A DNA stretch of 39,668 nucleotides from Octopus bimaculoides. Lineage: Eukaryota. A program made the position numbers and the translations under genes. The stretch is from assembly GCF_001194135.2 (NCBI RefSeq), contig NC_069007.1, positions 2,956,038-2,995,705 on the forward strand, given 5' to 3'. The first letter of the stretch is position 1. Each line of letters opens with the position of its first letter. Of the stretch, positions 35,926 to 39,668 are shown piece after piece. The notes below the pieces were generated by a model. It saw only the letters and a program-made list of their open reading frames with translations. It did not search any database and was not told the DNA's origin.

Positions 35926-36731
35926 GTGTAATTATACATCTACTTATATACGTATGTATATATACATGTAATTGGATATATGTATATATGTACACAAATA
36001 CACACACGTATATGCATATACACACACTCACACACATACGCGTGTTATCATGTTCGCCTATATGTATATGAGCGTGTGTGTGTCCCCGTATGTAGTTATG
36101 TGTCCGAGTTTGAAAACGAGGCCATTACAAATAAACTTAAGCCGTATCTTAATATCGGCATTAAACTAGGATTAGTCGACGATTTTTCTTCAAAACATCC
36201 GATTTTTATATTTGATATATATTTATTTATCGATTTTGTTTTTCTTTATGTAAATATTCGTTTATGTTTTGTTTGTTGATTAATGGAGTGTTTGTGTCAT
36301 AGATATATTTCATTTTTGCAAATATAATCTTCGTATTTTTTTTTAACCATAATCATCTTTCACATAATGATAATAAAATAATAATAATAATCATAATAAT
36401 AATAATGGTAATAATTATTATTATTTTGTTGTTACTGTTGTTTCTTTTGCATTATTATTATTATTATGTGCTTTTTTTCTTCTTTCTTCAAATTTTCTTC
36501 CATTTCTCGCCGAGTGTTTTCCGTACACCTAGGGCAGAGAAGCTCATTGTATTATTATTATTATTATTATTATTTGTTATTGTTTTAGCCTTATTATTAT
36601 TATTGCTATTATTATTATTATTATTATTAATATTATTATTATTATTATCATAGATTTATTATTATTATTATTATTATAGATTTATTTTGTTGTAGATTTT
36701 TTCCTGAATTTTATTCTAATTATATATTTAG

Positions 36732-36818
36732 TGTTACAAGATTGGAAATAAATTCACAGCTGGGTTTTAAGTTATACACGAACGTGTTCGGTTGTTTTGC
36801 TCGGTGTGATGAGCCAAG
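36732..36818 (+). CDS. Candidate exon (VTRLEINSQLGFKLYTNVFGCFARCDEP)
   Basis: ttctaattatatatttag| acceptor, donor AAG|gtaaaa. Phase 2->2, compatible with the SESP frame of 34157-34233. Confidence 0.3.
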
Positions 36819-37017
36819 GTAAAAAAAAAAAAAAAAGAGAAGAAATCTTCAACTGAAGCAATCCTGTTATAACAAAAAAAAAACAAAAAAAACAATAATT
36901 ATTGAAACAAACAACAACAGAAAGAATATGAACATCAATATAAGGATGATGATGATGATATTGGTGGTGGTGATGACGCTGTTGATGATGATGATGATGA
37001 TGATGACGATGATGATT

Positions 37018-37342
37018 TGGTATATGAAAACTGTGAAAGTTGTGCCTGTAAGAGTTGGCGTATTAGGGATCGTGAATAATGACAGACAAATGCTTGGTGG
37101 TGACTGAAATGGAATGTCGTGAAATGGAATGTCGTGAAATGGAATGTCGTGAAATGGAATGTCTTCAGAAAGTTTGCCCCTTAGAAACAGCAAAGGTTAT
37201 CAGAAGGGTTTTTTGAGGACCTGAAAAACTATTGAAAGCTTGTGGATTATCAAGGTTACGGGAAGAAAACCCCTTACCCACAAATTCTGCCAGGAATAAG
37301 AGCAAACCTTGTCAAATCGATAATAATAATAATAATAATAAT
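37018..37342 (+). mobile_element. R4/Dong LINE 3' end with UTR and (TAA)n tail
   Basis: WYMKTVKVVPVRVGVLGIV..LQKVCPLETAKVIRRVF* (stop 37214-37216); internal 15-bp x4 tandem repeat at 37105-37163. Confidence 0.8.
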
Positions 37343-37595
37343 AAGGAAGCCAGACATTGTTGTGGTGAATAAAAAAAGTAAGAACATGTAAGATTATCGA
37401 CATAGCATGCTTCGGAGACAACAGGATCAATGTGAAAGAAGGAAAAATAAAACAACTACAACAAGTTAAAGTGAAAAACACGAAGGTTGTGGTCAATGAA
37501 GAGAATAGACGTGATACCAATAGTAATTGGTGCACTTGGAAGTATCAGCACTCAATTACCAGCTTGGCTGGAAAAGATGAAAATGCAACATACAG
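37343..37595 (+). mobile_element. R4/Dong restriction-like endonuclease fragment
   Basis: RKPDIVVVNKK..CKIIDIACFGDNRINVKE..RRLWSMKRIDVIPIVIGALGSIS..WLEK across frameshifts (PD..D motif). Confidence 0.85.
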
Positions 37596-37598
37596 AAA

Positions 37599-37833
37599 AT
37601 GAAAGAGAAAATTAGGATACAGTGTTACAGAGGAGTTAGACTAATATTAAACACTGAACTCAATGCTAAAAACAAGATAATAGGGATAAACACGATAGCT
37701 ACATCACTCATAGATTACAGATTCAACAGAATAAACTGGGAGATTAGGGAATTAAGAAATTTAGATAGAAAATCCAGAGAACTGTTCACAACACAGCGAA
37801 GTCACCACCCCAAAGCAGACGCAAACAGAATAT
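37599..37833 (+). mobile_element. R4/Dong post-RT (thumb) region fragment
   Basis: MKEKIRIQCYRGVRLILNTELNAKNKIIGINT..INWEIRELRNLDRKSRELFT..HHPKADANRI matches the recalled KEY.RR..IL..LN..NK..AIN..W...LDRKTR..HHPK.D..RLY block. Confidence 0.85.
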
Positions 37834-37835
37834 AA

Positions 37836-37923
37836 TTACTGGGGTCGATTTGTCCAACTAAAACCCCTCTTCAAGGCGGTACTCCAGCATGGTCGCAGTC
37901 CAGTTACTGAAACATGATAAAAA
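37836..37923 (+). mobile_element. SINE family C, 3' fragment
   Basis: CTGGGGTCGATTTG..GGCGGTACTCCAGCATGG.CGCAGTC..ACTGAAAC. Confidence 0.85.
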
Positions 37924-38379
37924 CTTAACGGTTCCCCGCGTTTCCTTTCACTCCTCCCTTCTTCCTCCATTATTCATTTTGTAAAGCCTTTCAACCCATC
38001 ATCGCTTTAGTTTTTCATATCCTCCATCATATCTCATTTTCATTTCTCCTCTTTCATTAAATATCCTCTCTAATTCACAATTTTCTATTCCAATTTCCTT
38101 CTCGCAAAACCCGTCTCTCTTCGTTTTAATTCCCACTCTTCTGCCTCTAATATTTCTCTCCCTAATTCATGTTCTCTCTCTCTCTCTCCCCTCTCTCTCT
38201 CCCCTCTCTCTCTCTCTAAGTCTCCCTCTCATTTATTTCATAGCTCTCACCTCACTCCGTCTCTAACTATATATATAAATAAATATATATATATATTATA
38301 CATACATACAAATACACACACACACATAAATTCATACATAGATACATATATACATGCATAAATACATGTATATACATAT

Positions 38380-38424
<45 letters not shown>

Positions 38425-38945
38425 NNNNNNNNNNNNNNNNNNNNNNNNNNNNNNNNNNNNNNNNNNNNNNNNNNNNNNNNNNNNNNNNNNNNNNNNNNNN
38501 NNNNNNNNNNNNNNNNNNNNNNNNNNNNNNNNNNNNNNNNNNNNNNNNNNNNNNNNNNNNNNNNNNNNNNNNNNNNNNNNNNNNNNNNNNNNNNNNNNNN
38601 NNNNNNNNNNNNNNNNNNNNNNNNNNNNNNNNNNNNNNNNNNNNNNNNNNNNNNNNNNNNNNNNNNNNNNNNNNNNNNNNNNNNNNNNNNNNNNNNNNNN
38701 NNNNNNNNNNNNNNNNNNNNNNNNNNNNNNNNNNNNNNNNNNNNNNNNNNNNNNNNNNNNNNNNNNNNNNNNNNNNNNNNNNNNNNNNNNNNNNNNNNNN
38801 NNNNNNNNNNNNNNNNNNNNNNNNNNNNNNNNNNNNNNNNNNNNNNNNNNNNNNNNNNNNNNNNNNNNNNNNNNNNNNNNNNNNNNNNNNNNNNNNNNNN
38901 NNNNNNNNNNNNNNNNNNNNNNNNNNNNNNNNNNNNNNNNNNNNN

Positions 38946-38992
<47 letters not shown>

Positions 38993-39245
38993 TGCATATG
39001 TGTGTGGTGAGAAGGAGAGAGAAGGGATCGTAGATGGGGAAGAAATTAGAATTGTTTCGAAATATATGAAAGACACATTAAAGAGAAGATTTACTGCTAA
39101 AATACAGATTGAAAAGCAAGATTGATTATGGAAGGACTGGCGACCGTCATAAAACAGAATGGAGGGAAAATAGATAACAGCGTAGACCAATGAGATCGTC
39201 AGAAAATAATCACTGACGCGCACGCGCGCGCAACTGTGTATGCGT

Positions 39246-39278
<33 letters not shown>

Positions 39279-39405
39279 GGTACGTGTGTGCGTGTGTATG
39301 TTTGTTAGAGTGACTATATATACATACATGTATGCATATGCATGTAAATTTGTGTATGCGTATGTAAAAATATCTCTTCGTGCAAAAATATAAACCAGTT
39401 GATTG

Positions 39406-39441
<36 letters not shown>

Positions 39442-39606
39442 TATATATATATATATACGCATATATATACATATATCTATTATATAAACAAATGAAAGCT
39501 TATTAACAAATAATGTCTATGTACATATTAACTAATAATGTTTATATATATATATAAGCGTAAATTTGCACATGTATGTATAACAATATGAACACGCACA
39601 CACAAG

Positions 39607-39668
<62 letters not shown>

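Larger units (their letters stand above)
5147..38945. other. Assembly gaps: 5147-5579, 10408-10845, 14891-14900, 15078-15177, 16491-17054, 23952-24206, 26280-27125, 29919-30325, 31510-32106, 33922-33932, 38425-38945
   Basis: N runs, almost all abutting dinucleotide repeats; exons may be hidden in them. Confidence 0.98.

Noticed and set aside
1-39668. Dozens of ORFs made of YI/HT/CV/LS dipeptide repeats, homopolymers or X runs
   Set aside because: They are translations of (TA)n, (CA)n, (TC)n and trinucleotide microsatellites, or of N gaps that contain no stops.
1-39668. CRISPR arrays, rRNA or genuine tRNA genes, operons
   Set aside because: No repeat-spacer arrays. The tRNA-like boxes all sit in SINE heads with no full cloverleaf, and the DNA is clearly eukaryotic.

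Overview
Eukaryotic, AT-rich, repeat-dense draft sequence. About 4.2 kb is N, in 11 gaps that are mostly bounded by microsatellites. The repeat repertoire matches what I recall from octopus genomes, so the taxon is an inference. The repeats are three tRNA-derived SINE families, Tc1/mariner relics (DD37D maT, a mariner, a mariner-derived MITE), R4/Dong and RTE LINE fragments, and a Penelope-like fragment. No intact protein-coding ORF is present. Nearly all ORF-track entries are microsatellite or N artefacts or transposon debris. Several short non-repetitive + strand segments have good splice sites and open frames, and probably belong to one large multi-exon host gene that I cannot identify. The most interesting items are: (1) a decayed minimal hammerhead ribozyme with a palindromic helix III at the 3' end of the Penelope-like fragment; (2) a 92%-identical inverted pair of MITE ends that loops out a candidate exon; (3) a gap-free, 68%-identical 111-bp duplication in unique DNA; (4) two maT relics 18.8 kb apart that switch abruptly from about 10% divergence to zero substitutions; (5) a microsatellite-linked 36-bp inverted repeat that truncates a maT TIR; (6) a train of R4/Dong pieces built on TAA repeats. 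I found no convincing new multi-gene system. All counts and alignments were done by hand, and family calls rest on recalled motifs rather than database searches.
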